Of a stretch of 64,000 nucleotides of DNA, positions 54,101 to 64,000 are shown in pieces; positions within the stretch are counted from its first letter, which is position 1, and each line of letters opens with the position of its first letter. The position numbers and the translations under genes were made by a program. The stretch lies in NCBI GenBank assembly GCA_964016885.1, contig OZ024748.1, forward strand, positions 34,720,001-34,784,000. The letters run 5' to 3'. This stretch comes from Eledone cirrhosa (taxonomy: Eukaryota). The notes beneath the pieces are model-generated. The model worked only from the letters and a program-made list of their open reading frames with translations. It did no database searches and had not been told where the DNA came from.

Positions 54101-57100
54101 GAAGTAGGAATAGCTAGTAGCTGCTCCCTCCCTCAGAACTCAGGGAGATTCAGCATCTAGAACAAGTCAGTTAGAAGTGAGAAGAACTGCAGTGAAGTAG
54201 GAATGGCTAGTAGCTGCTGCCTCAGTACTCAGGGAGATTCAGCATCTAGAACACGTCAGTTAGAAGTGAGAAGTACTGCAGTGAAGTAGGAATAGCTAGT
54301 AGCTGCTCCCACCCTCAGTACTCAGGGAGATTCAGCATCTAGAATACGTGAGTTAGAAATGAGAACTGCAGTGAAGTAGGAATAGCTAGTAGCTGCTCCC
54401 TCAGTACTCAGGGAGATTCAGAATCTAGAACACGTCATTTAGAAGTGAGAAGAACTGCAGTGAAGTAGGAATAGCTAATAGCTTCTCCCTCAGTACTCAG
54501 GGAGATTCAGCGTCTAGAACACGTCATTTAGAAGTGAGAAGAACTGCAGTGCAGTAGGAAGAGCTAGTAGCTGCTCCCTCAGTACTCAGGGAGATTCAGC
54601 ATTTAGGACACGTCAGTTAGAAGTGAGAAGAACTGCAGTGAATTCTGAAGAGCTAGTAGCTGCTCCCTCAGTACTCAGGGGATTCAGCATCTAGAACACG
54701 TCAGTTAGAAGTGAGAAGAACTACAGTGAAGTAGGAATAGCTAGTAGCTTCTGCTTCAGTACTCAGGGAGATTCAGCATCTAGAACACGTCAGTTAGAAG
54801 TGAGAAGAACTGCAGTGAAGTAGGAATTGCTGGTAGCTGCTTCTTCTCTCAGTACTCAGGGAGATTCAGTATCTACATTACATCATTAGAAGTGAGAAGA
54901 ACTGCAGTGAAGTAGGAATAGCTAATAGCTGCTCCCTCTCTCAGTACTCAGGGAGATTCAGCATCTAGAATACGTGAGTTAGAAATGAGAACTGCAGTGA
55001 AGTAGGAATAGCTAGTAGCTGATCCCACCCTCAGTACTCAGGGAGATTCAGCATCTAGAACACGTCAGTTAGAAGTTAGAAGAACTGCAGTGAAGTAGGA
55101 ATAGCTAGTAGCTGCTCCCTCCCGCAGAACTCAGGGAGATTCAGCATCTAGAACACGTCAGTTAGAAGTGAGAAGAACTCCATTGAAGTAGGAATAGCTA
55201 GTAGCTGCTCCCTCCCTCAGAACTCAGGGAGATTCAGCATCTAGAACACGTCAGTTAGAAGTGAGAAGAACTGCAGTGAAGTAGGAATAGCTAGTAGCTG
55301 TTCCCTCAGTACTCAGGGAGATTCAGCATCTAGATCACATCAGTTAGTAGTGAGAAGAACTGCAGTGAAGTAGGAATAGCTAGTAGCTGCTTCCTCAGTA
55401 CTCAGGGAGATTCAGCATCTAGAACACGTCAGTTAGAAGTGAGAAGAACTGCAGTGAAGTAGGAAGAGCTAGTAGCTGCTCCCTCAGTACTCAGGGAGAT
55501 TCAGCATCTACATCACATCATTAGATTCAGCATCTAGAACACGTCAGTTAAAAGTTAGAAGAACTGCAGTGAAGTAGGAATGGCTAGTAGCTGCTCCCAC
55601 CCCTAGTACTCAGGGAGAGTCAGCATCTAGAACACGTCAGTTAGAAGTGAGAAGAACTGCAGTGAAGTAGGAATAGCTAGTAGCTGCTCCCTCAGTACTC
55701 AGGGAGATTCAGCATCTAGAACACGTCATTTAGAAGTGAGAAGAACTGCAGTGAAGTAGGAATAGCTAGTAGCTGCTCCCTCCCTCAGAACTCAGGGAGA
55801 TTCAGCATCTAGAACAAGTCAGTTAGAACTGACAAGAACTGCAGTGAAGTACAAATAACTAGTAGCTGCTCCCTTGGTACTCAGGGAGATTCAGCATCTA
55901 GAACAAGTCAGCTAGAAGTGAGGAGAACTGCAGTGAAGTACAAATAACTAGTAGCTGCTCCCTTAGTACTCAGGGAGATTCAGCATCTAGAACACATCAG
56001 TTAGAAGTGAGAAGGACTGCAGTGAAGTAGGAATAGCTAATAGCTTCTCCCTCAGTACTCAGGGAGATTCAGCATCTAGAACACGTCATTTAGAAGTGAG
56101 AAGAACTGCAGTGAAGTAGGAATAGCTAGTAGCTGCTCCCTCAGTACTCAGGGAGATTCAGCATCTAGAACAAGTCAGTTAGAAGTGAGAAGAACTGCAG
56201 TGAAGTAGGAATAGCTAGTAGCTGCTCCCTCAGTACTCAGGGAGATTCAGCATCTAGAACAGGTCAGTTAGAAGTGAGAAGAACTGCAGTGAAGTACAAA
56301 TAACTAGTAGCTGCTCCCTCAGTACTCAGGGAGATTCAGCATCTAGAACAAGTCAGTTAGAAGTGAGAAGAACTGCAGTGAAGTACAAATAACTAGTAGC
56401 TGCTCCCTTAGTACTCAGGGAGATTCAGCATCTAGAACACATCAGTTAGAAGTGAGAAGAACTGCATTGAAGTACGAATAGCTAATAGCCTCTCCCTCAG
56501 TCCTCAGGGAGATTCAGCGTCTAGGACACGTCAGGTAGAAGTGAGAAGGACTGCAGTGAATTCTAAAGAGGTAGTAGCTGCTCCCTCAGTACTCAGGGAG
56601 AGTCAGCATCTAGAACACGTCAGTTAGAAGTGAGAAGAACTGCAGTGAAGTAGGAAGAGCTAGTAGCTGCTCCCTCAGTACACAGGGAGATTCAGCATCT
56701 ACATCACATCATTAGAAGTGAGAAGAACTGCAGTGAAGTAGGAATAGCTAGTAGCTGCTCCCTCAGTACTCAGGGAGATTCAGCATCTAGAACACGTCAG
56801 TTAGAAGTGAGAAGAACTGCAGTGAAGTAGGAATACCTAGTAGCTGCTCCCTCAGTACTCAGGGAGATTCAGCATCTAGAACACATCAGTTAGTAGTGAG
56901 AAAAACTGCAGTGAAATAGGAATAGCTAGTAGCTGCTCCCATCCTCAGTACTCAGGGAGATTCAGTATCTAGAACACGTCAGTTAGAAGTGAGAAGAACT
57001 GCAGTGAAGTAGGAATAACTAGTAGCTGCTCCCTCTCTCAGTACTCAGGGAGATTCAGCATCTAGAACAAGTCAGTTAGAAGTGAGAAGAACTGCAGTGA

Positions 57101-60100
57101 CGTAGGAATAGCTAGTAGCTGCTCGGTCAGTACTCGGGGAGATTCAGCATCTAGAACACATCAGTTAGAAGTGAGAAGAACTGCAGTGAAGTAGGAATAG
57201 CTAGTAGCTGCTCGGTCAGTACTCAGGGAGATTCAGCATCTAGAACACGTCATTTAGAAGTGAGAAGAACTGCAGTGACGTAGGAATAGCTAGTAGCTGC
57301 TCGGTCAGTACTCGGGGAGATTCAGAATCTAGAACACGTCATTTAGAAGTGAGAAGGACTGCAGTGAAGTAGTAATAGCTAATAGCTTCTCCCTCAGTAC
57401 TCAGGGAGATTCAGCATCTAGAACACGTCATTTAGAAGTGAGAAGAACTGCAGTGAAGTAGGAATAGCTAGTAGCTGCTCCCTCCCTCAGAACTCAGGAA
57501 GATTCAGCATCTAGAACACGTCAGTTAGAAGTGAGAAGGACTGCAGTGAAGTATGAATAGCTAGTAGCTGCTCCATCCCTCAGAACTCAGGGAGATTCAG
57601 CATCTAGAACACGTCAGTTAGAAGTGAGAAGAACTGCAGTTAAGTAGGAATAGCTAGTAGCTGCTCCCTCCCACAGAACTCAGGGAGATTCAGCATCTAG
57701 AACAAGTCAGTTAGAAGTGAGAAGGACTGCAGTGAAGTATGAATAGCTAGTAGCTGCTCTCTCCCTCAGAACTCAGGGAGATTCAGCATCTAGAACACGT
57801 CAGTTAGAAGTGAGAAGGACTGCAGTGAAGTAGGAATAGCTAGTAGCTGCTCCCTCAGTCCTCAGGGAGATTCAGCATCTAGAACACGTCAGTTAGAAGT
57901 GAGAAGAACTGCAGTGAAGTAGGAATAGCTAGTCGCTGCTCCCTCAGTCCTCAGGGAGATTCAGCATCTAGAACACGTCAGTTAGAAGTGAGAAGAACTG
58001 CAGTGAAGTAGGAATAGCTAGTAGCTGCTCCCTCAATACTCAGGGAGATTCAGCATCTGCATCACATCATTAGAAGTGAGAAGAACTGCAGTGAAGTAGG
58101 AATAGCTAGTAGCTGCTCCCACCCTCAGTACTCAGGGAGATTCAGCATCTAGAACACGTAAGTTAGAAGTGAGAAGAACTGCAGTGAATTAGGAATAGCT
58201 AGTAGCTGCTCCCTCAATACTCAGGGAGATTCAGTATCTAGAACACGTCAGTTAGAAGTGACAAGAACTGAAGTGAAGTAGGAATAGCTAGTAGCTGCTC
58301 CCTTAGTACTCAGGGAGATTCAGCATCTAGAACACGTCAGTTAGAAGTGAGAAGAACTGCAGTGAAGTAGGAATAGCTAGTAGCTGCTCCCTCCCACAGA
58401 ACTCAGGGAGATTCAGCATCTAGAACACGTCAGTTAGAAGTGAGAAGAACTGCAGTGAAGTAGGAATGGCTAGTAGCTGCTCCCACCCCTAGTACTCAGG
58501 GAGAGTCAGCATCTAGAACACGTCAGTTAGAAGTGAGAAGAACTGCAGTGAAGTAGGAATAGCTAGTAGCTGCTCCCTCCCTCAGAACTCAGGGAGATTC
58601 AGCATCTAGAACACGTCAGTTAGAAGTGAGAAGAACTGCAGTGAAGTAGGAATAGCTAGTAGCTGCTCCCTCCCTCAGAACTCAGGGAGATTCAGCATCT
58701 AGAACACGTCAGTTAGAAGTGAGAAGGACTGCAGTGAAGTAGGAATAGCTAGTAGCTGCTCCCTCAGTACTCAGGGAGATTCAGCATCTAGAACAAGTCA
58801 GTTAGAAGTGAGAAGAACTGCAGTGAAGTACAAATAACTAGTAGCTGCTCCCTTAGTACTCAGGGAGATTCAGCATCTAGAACACATCAGTTAGAAGTGA
58901 GAAGAACTGCAGTGAAGTACGAATAGCTAGTAGCTGCTCGGTCAGTACTCAGGGAGATTCAGAATCTAGAACACGTCATTTAGAAGTGAGAAGGACTGCA
59001 GTGAAGTAGGAATAGCTAATAGCTTCTCCCTCAGTACTCAGGGAGATTCAGCCTCTAGAAAACGTCATTTAGAAGTGAGAAGAACTGCAGTGAAGTAGGA
59101 ATAGCTAGTAGGTGCTCCCTCCCTCAGAACTCAGGGAGATTCAGCATCTAGAACACGTCAGTTAGAAGTGAGAAGGACTGCAGTGAAGTATGAATAGCTA
59201 GTAGCTGCTCCCTCCCTCAGAACTCAGGGAGATTCAGCATCTAGAACACGTCAGTTAGAAGTGAGAAGAACTGCAGTTAAGTAGGAATAGCTAGTAGCTG
59301 CTCCCTCCCTCAGAACTCAGGGAGATTCAGCATCTAGAACAAGTCAGTTAAAAGTTAGAAGGACTGCAGTGAAGTATGAATAGCTAGTAGCTGCTCCCTC
59401 AGTACTCAGGGAGATTCAGCATCTAGAACACGTCAGTTAGAAGTGAGAAGGACTGCAGCGAAGTAGGAATAGCTAGTAGCTGCTCCCTCAGTCCTCAGGG
59501 AGATTCAGCATCTAGAACACGTCAGTTAGAAGTGAGAAGAACTGCAGTGAAGTAGGAATAGCTAGTCGCTGCTCCCACCCTCAGTACTCAGGGAGATTCA
59601 GCATCTAGAACACGTCAGTTAGAAGTGAGAAGAACTGCAGTGAAGTAGGAATGGCTAGTAGCTGCTCCCACCCCTAGTACTCAGGGAGATTCAGCATCTA
59701 GAACACGTCAGTTAGAAGTGAGAAGAACTGCAGTGAAGTAGGAATGGCTAGTAGCTGCTCCCACGGTCAGTACTCAGGGAGATTCAGCATCTATAACACG
59801 TCAGTTAGAAGTGAGAAGAACTGCAGTGAAGTAGGAATAGCTAGTAGCTGCTCTCTCAGTACTCAGGGAGATTCAGCATCTAGAACACGTCAGTTAGAAG
59901 GGAGAAGATCTGCAGTGAAGTAGGAATAGCTAGTAGCTGCTCCCTCCCCTAGTATTCAGGGAGATTCAGCATCTAGAACACGTCAGTTAGAAGTGAGAAG
60001 ATCTGCAGTGAAGTAGGAATAGCTAGTAGCTGCTCCCTTCCCTAGTACTCAGGGAGATTCAGCATCTATAACACGTCAGTTGGAAGTGAGAAGATCTGCA

Positions 60101-61178
60101 GTGAAGTAGGAATAGCTAGTAGCTGCTCCCTCAGTACTCAGGGAGATTCAGCATGTAGAACACGTCAGTTAGATGTGAGAAGTACTGCAGTGATGTAGGA
60201 ATAGCAAGTAGCTGCTCCCACCCCCAGTACTCAGGGAGATTCAGCATCTAGAACACGTCAGTTAGAAGTGAGAAGAACTGCAATGAAGTAGGAACAGCTA
60301 GTAGCTGCTCCCACCCTCAGTACTCAGGGAGATTCAGCATCTAGAACACGTCAGTTAGAAGTGAGAAGAACTGCAGTGATGTAGGAATAGCTAGTAGCTG
60401 CTGCCTCAGTACTCAGGGAGATTCAGCATCTAGAACACGTCAGTTAGAAGTGAGAAATACTGCAGTGAAGTAAGAATAGCTAGTAGCTGCTCCCACACTC
60501 AGTACTCAGGGAGATTCAGCATCTAGAACACGTCAGTTAGGAGTGAGAAGAACTGCAGTGAAGTAGGAATAGCTAGTAGCTGCTCCCTCAGTACTCAGGG
60601 AGATTCAGCATCTAGAACACGTCAGTTAGAAGTGAGAAGAACTGCAGTGAAGTAGGAATGGCTAGTAGCTGCTGCCTCAGTACTCAGGGAGATTCAGCAT
60701 CTAGAACACATCAGTTGGATGTGAGAAGAACTGCAGTGAAGCGGGAATAGTTAGTAGCGGTTCCCACCCCAGTACTCAGGGAGATTCAGCATCTAGAACA
60801 CGTCAGTTAGAAGTGTGAAGAACTGCAGTGAAGCAGGAATAGCTAGTAGCTGCTCCCCCCTCCAGTACTCAGGGAGATTCAGCATCCAGAACACGTCAGT
60901 TAGAAGTGAAAAGAACTGCAGTGAAGCAGGAATAGCTAGTAGCTGCTCCCTCAGTACTCAGCGAGATTCAGCATCTAGTACACGTCAGTTAGAAGTGAGA
61001 AGAACTGCAGTGAAGCAGGTATAGCTAGTAGCTGCTCCCACCTCCAGTACTCAGGGAGATTCAGCATCTAGAACACTTCAGTTAGAAGTGAGAACCACTG
61101 CAATGAAGCAGAAATAGCTAGTAACTGCTCTCCCACCCCTCCCCCACCTCATCCCTCCAGTACTCAGGGAGATTCAGC
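45158..61178. repeat. 89-bp satellite array (mostly 89 or 93-bp variants, ~175-180 monomers); consensus AGTAGGAATAGCTAGTAGCTGCTCCCTCAGTACTCAGGGAGATTCAGCATCTAGAACACGTCAGTTAGAAGTGAGAAGAACTGCAGTGA
   Basis: Period measured at 46081 to 46170; ScaI, XbaI and PstI sites in most monomers. Confidence 0.98.
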
Positions 61179-61220
61179 TTGAGACAAGGTTTGGGAAGTC
61201 TGGTCTTTTGAACTACAACT
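61159..61220 (-). mobile_element. SINE fragment (same family as 20791-21097) overlapping the last satellite monomer
   Basis: Reverse complement GTAGTTCAAAAGACCAG...GCTGAATCTCCCTGAGTACT resembles 20929-20975 and 61258-61292. Confidence 0.55.
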
Positions 61221-61257
61221 GAGATCTGGACCAACAAAAGATTTTCACCCTCAAATT

Positions 61258-61365
61258 CCAGTCTTGTCACACTGAATCTCCCCGAGAACTACGTTATAGG
61301 AACATATCCTTGTGGAATGCTCAGCCACTTACACGTCAATTTCACGAGAAGGCTGTTTTATTGAT

Positions 61366-61368
<3 letters not shown>
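61258..61368 (+). mobile_element. SINE 3' fragment (same family as 20791-21097)
   Basis: TGTGGAATGCTCAGCCACTTACACGTCAATTTCACGAG aligns with TGTGGAATGTTTAGCCACTTGCATGTTAAGTTCAGGAG at 21000-21037. Confidence 0.7.
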
Positions 61369-61401
<33 letters not shown>

Positions 61402-61711
61402 GATGAATGTGTGTGTTTGTATGTGTATGAATGCATGAGTGTGTGTATCTATGTGTGTGCGTGTATGTTTATGTATGTTTTTATGTGTGTCTATGTGTGT
61501 GTTTATTTGTGCGTGTGTGTGTATCTATGTAAGTGTATGTGTGTGTGTATATTTATGTATGTGTGTATGTGTGTATGTATCTGTGTAAGTGTATGTGTGT
61601 ATGTGTGTGTTTATTTGTGCGTGTGTGTGTGTGTATCTATGTAAGTGTATGTGTGTGTGTGTATCTATGTGTTTGTGTATATTTATGTATGTGTGTATGT
61701 GTGTGTGTGTC
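61369..61711. repeat. (CA)n followed by a degenerate (GT)/(GTAT)-rich tract
   Basis: Directly visible. Confidence 0.9.
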
Positions 61712-62084
61712 AGAGCCGTGTGCAGTTTTGTTTTTCTTTGTAAAGTTTAGTCAACATTTTACCAAATAGTAAAAAATAAATTACTAAAACTATTTTATTG
61801 TTTCGAAGAATATGGAGACAGCATTGGTGATTGTTGGATAGACTGGTGGACTTTACTGACACTTTCTACCTATGTCTACAGCACTTTATATATGTGTGTG
61901 TGGTATGGTAAGGCTTGTATGTGTGTTTAAATACATATATGTGTATGCGTGTGTTTCATTGTGTATTTCTCTCAGTATATGTAAGTGGATGTCTGTATGT
62001 GTTTGTATATGTGCCTGCTTTTGAGGTATGGTGTGTGGTGGTTCGATTCTCTCTCTTTCTCTTTCCCTCCCACTTTCTCTCTTT

Positions 62085-62160
62085 ATATATATGTGTGTGT
62101 GTGTGTATGTGTGTGTGTGTGTGCGTGTGTGTGCGTGTGTATGTGTGTGTGTATGTGTAT
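62085..62160. repeat. (AT)n/(GT)n microsatellite
   Basis: Directly visible. Confidence 0.9.
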
Positions 62161-62492
62161 TCGTGATATGAATATGAATTAAACAGATATGAATTAAATT
62201 GCATGCTGATTTTATTTTCCAGGAGATAAGCTAAATCATATTCTTCCATTGCAACACACATTGTGTCATTATGCATAACAACAACCTGAGAAAATAGTGA
62301 TAGAAAGCAGCCGACACCGTGTTATACATAAACGAATATATTTAGAGAGAAAATTATGAGAAAAAATGGCCAAACTTGTATAAAATGACAGACAATTGGT
62401 AAAATGAAGGTGATAGTTATACAATTGTATAATTGTATAGGTGATTTATTTCAGACTCATCTCATGATAAATATATGTGTATGACACTTCAA

Positions 62493-62528
<36 letters not shown>

Positions 62529-62585
62529 TTGTGCGTGTGTGCGCGCGCGTCTGTGTGTGCGTGTGTGTGCGTGTGTGTGTGTGTG
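62493..62585. repeat. (AT)n/(GT)n/(GC)n compound microsatellite
   Basis: Directly visible. Confidence 0.9.
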
Positions 62586-62867
62586 AATAAAGGAATAGAA
62601 GAAAAAATCAACATCTCTTTTTTATTAATAATATAGCTTTTGTTGTGTAGTAACACTAACACACGTATATACAGACACTGCGACAGGTTTTTTCAATTGC
62701 ATAGCATGTATGTACATATTACTCACGTCTATATACGTATATTATACACAGACAGAAATATATACATATATGGACGTACTTATAATATATGTATGTACAT
62801 ATCCAATTATATGCGTCTGCAAACTTATAAATAGATATTATATCAACATAATAATAGTCACACAACC

Positions 62868-62987
<120 letters not shown>

Positions 62988-63284
62988 TGCTTTTGGTAGG
63001 TGTTTTTGTTAAATAAGTTATGTATTTATTTATTCAAACAACAAAACAACCATTCAAACTAGCGTAAACTTTAAAATTTCAAGGGAGGAAATACATTAAG
63101 TTCAATAGTCTGATAGACAGAAATAAGCAAATTTCTCAGCGATACCTTCTGCACGACGAATATATAGTTAAGTGGAGGTTAGTATTCTTAATGTAGCGTG
63201 TGTGTGTGTGTGTGTTTCTGGAGGAGGCAATCGGTTCTACATGAATTCTCAGTAGAAATGGTCACCGGTACGCTTCCTGGACCG

Positions 63285-63327
63285 TCACGTTGTATTCTTG
63301 AGCCAGACACTTCATTTCATGTTGCTT
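63285..63327 (+). mobile_element. Degenerate SINE CORE-like fragment
   Basis: TTGTATTCTTGAGCCAGACACTTCATTTCATGTTG aligns with 20855-20889. Confidence 0.5.
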
Positions 63328-63400
63328 TTCAACGAAAGACTGGGGGGCTCTCTCAACGAAAACCCCTGCGAAATATTTTCTATATTTGCCCAGTATGAGA

Positions 63401-64000
63401 TGTAGCAGAAAGCGAAATTGTGAAGATCACATGTCTAAAACAACCAATCAAAATAATACATTCGCCCACGACTGATTTAAGGTGTTCAGCTTTTATTTGA
63501 TTAGTAATTTTCTGTCCTATTTTAATGTAATTATATATAAAGGGGGTTACCATTAACATTATTTTGTAAAACCTGTGGTTAGAAAAAGCTATCTCACTTA
63601 CCGCTTTTCACAGGCGCCGCTAAATTCCACTGCAGGTACTCCTCTTCCACGTGCGTCCGACTGCTTAACACCGGGAGCTGCCCCAAACTCGCGTCCACAC
63701 CGTGTGCTGGTCACCACTAGAGAGAGGCCCTCTCCTGGCCCTTCCGGTCGAGCATCCTTCCGGCCAAAGACCCCTTCCGGTCGAGCACTCAAAAACCCCT
63801 TCCGGTCGAGCACTCCCCCCGCCTCCGGCCACCGCACGCCACACCATACCCACACGCCCCCCTGATCTCAAGGATCAATTTCCCCCTCGTCCCTCTGCAT
63901 ATGAAAGTCTGCCGTCCAGGTCGGTGGTCTACGACTTCGTTGCGATCTTCGTAGTATTGGGGCAGAGCTCTGGGTTTCCACCTCATCTTGGGTTTCCTCT
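63401..64000 (-). mobile_element. 3' end of an LTR retrotransposon (probably Ty3/Gypsy): pol C-terminus, polypurine tract and ~454-bp 3' LTR (63401-63854)
   Basis: Minus strand: ORF end, then AGGGGGGCG (63855-63863), then TGTGG...CTACA; TATA-like at ~63535 and AATAAA at 63492-63497 lie inside the putative LTR. Confidence 0.65.
63868..63999 (-). CDS. C-terminal 43 aa of a putative LTR retrotransposon pol/integrase (partial)
   Basis: My translation: EETQDEVETQSSAPILRRSQRSRRPPTWTADFHMQRDEGEIDP-stop. The RRSxRxRxPP motif is typical downstream of retrotransposon integrases. Confidence 0.6.
   Translation of the reverse strand, partial: EETQDEVETQSSAPILRRSQRSRRPPTWTADFHMQRDEGEIDP

Noticed and set aside
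45158-61178. CRISPR-like array of palindromic repeats
   Set aside because: No unique spacers, no cas genes, eukaryotic context; it is a plain tandem satellite.
63598-63871. Host gene exon ending at the GTAAGT donor, or the ORFs at 63575-63986
   Set aside because: Better explained as an LTR following a pol stop codon and polypurine tract; the peptides are unrecognisable.

Overview
Gene-free, repeat-dominated eukaryotic DNA, probably a cephalopod such as Octopus (inferred from recalled SINE sequences, not verified). Layout: (1) a 20.4-kb array of a 40-bp satellite (1-20367); (2) a ~25-kb island of microsatellites, minisatellites, tRNA-derived SINEs, two non-autonomous RTE-like elements with a putative 5' HDV-like ribozyme, and six same-orientation Tx1-clade (L1 group) non-LTR retrotransposon insertions; (3) a 16-kb array of an 89-bp satellite (45158-61178) whose core matches an adjacent SINE; (4) microsatellites and the 3' end of an LTR retrotransposon. 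The Tx1 insertions are four long divergent copies (A-D) and two ~105-bp 3' fragments; five are joined head-to-tail through (GATA)n/(TCTA)n tracts and copy A sits apart in degenerate GATA/GA sequence. Most notable: a probable (GATA)n-targeting Tx1 lineage that builds tandem arrays; a splice-donor motif enclosing its inferred ORF1 stop codon; the ribozyme-headed RTE-type element, one copy with a twin-priming-like inversion; and a satellite whose apparent SINE origin is visible at its edge. No host protein-coding gene was recognised. All alignments were done by eye.
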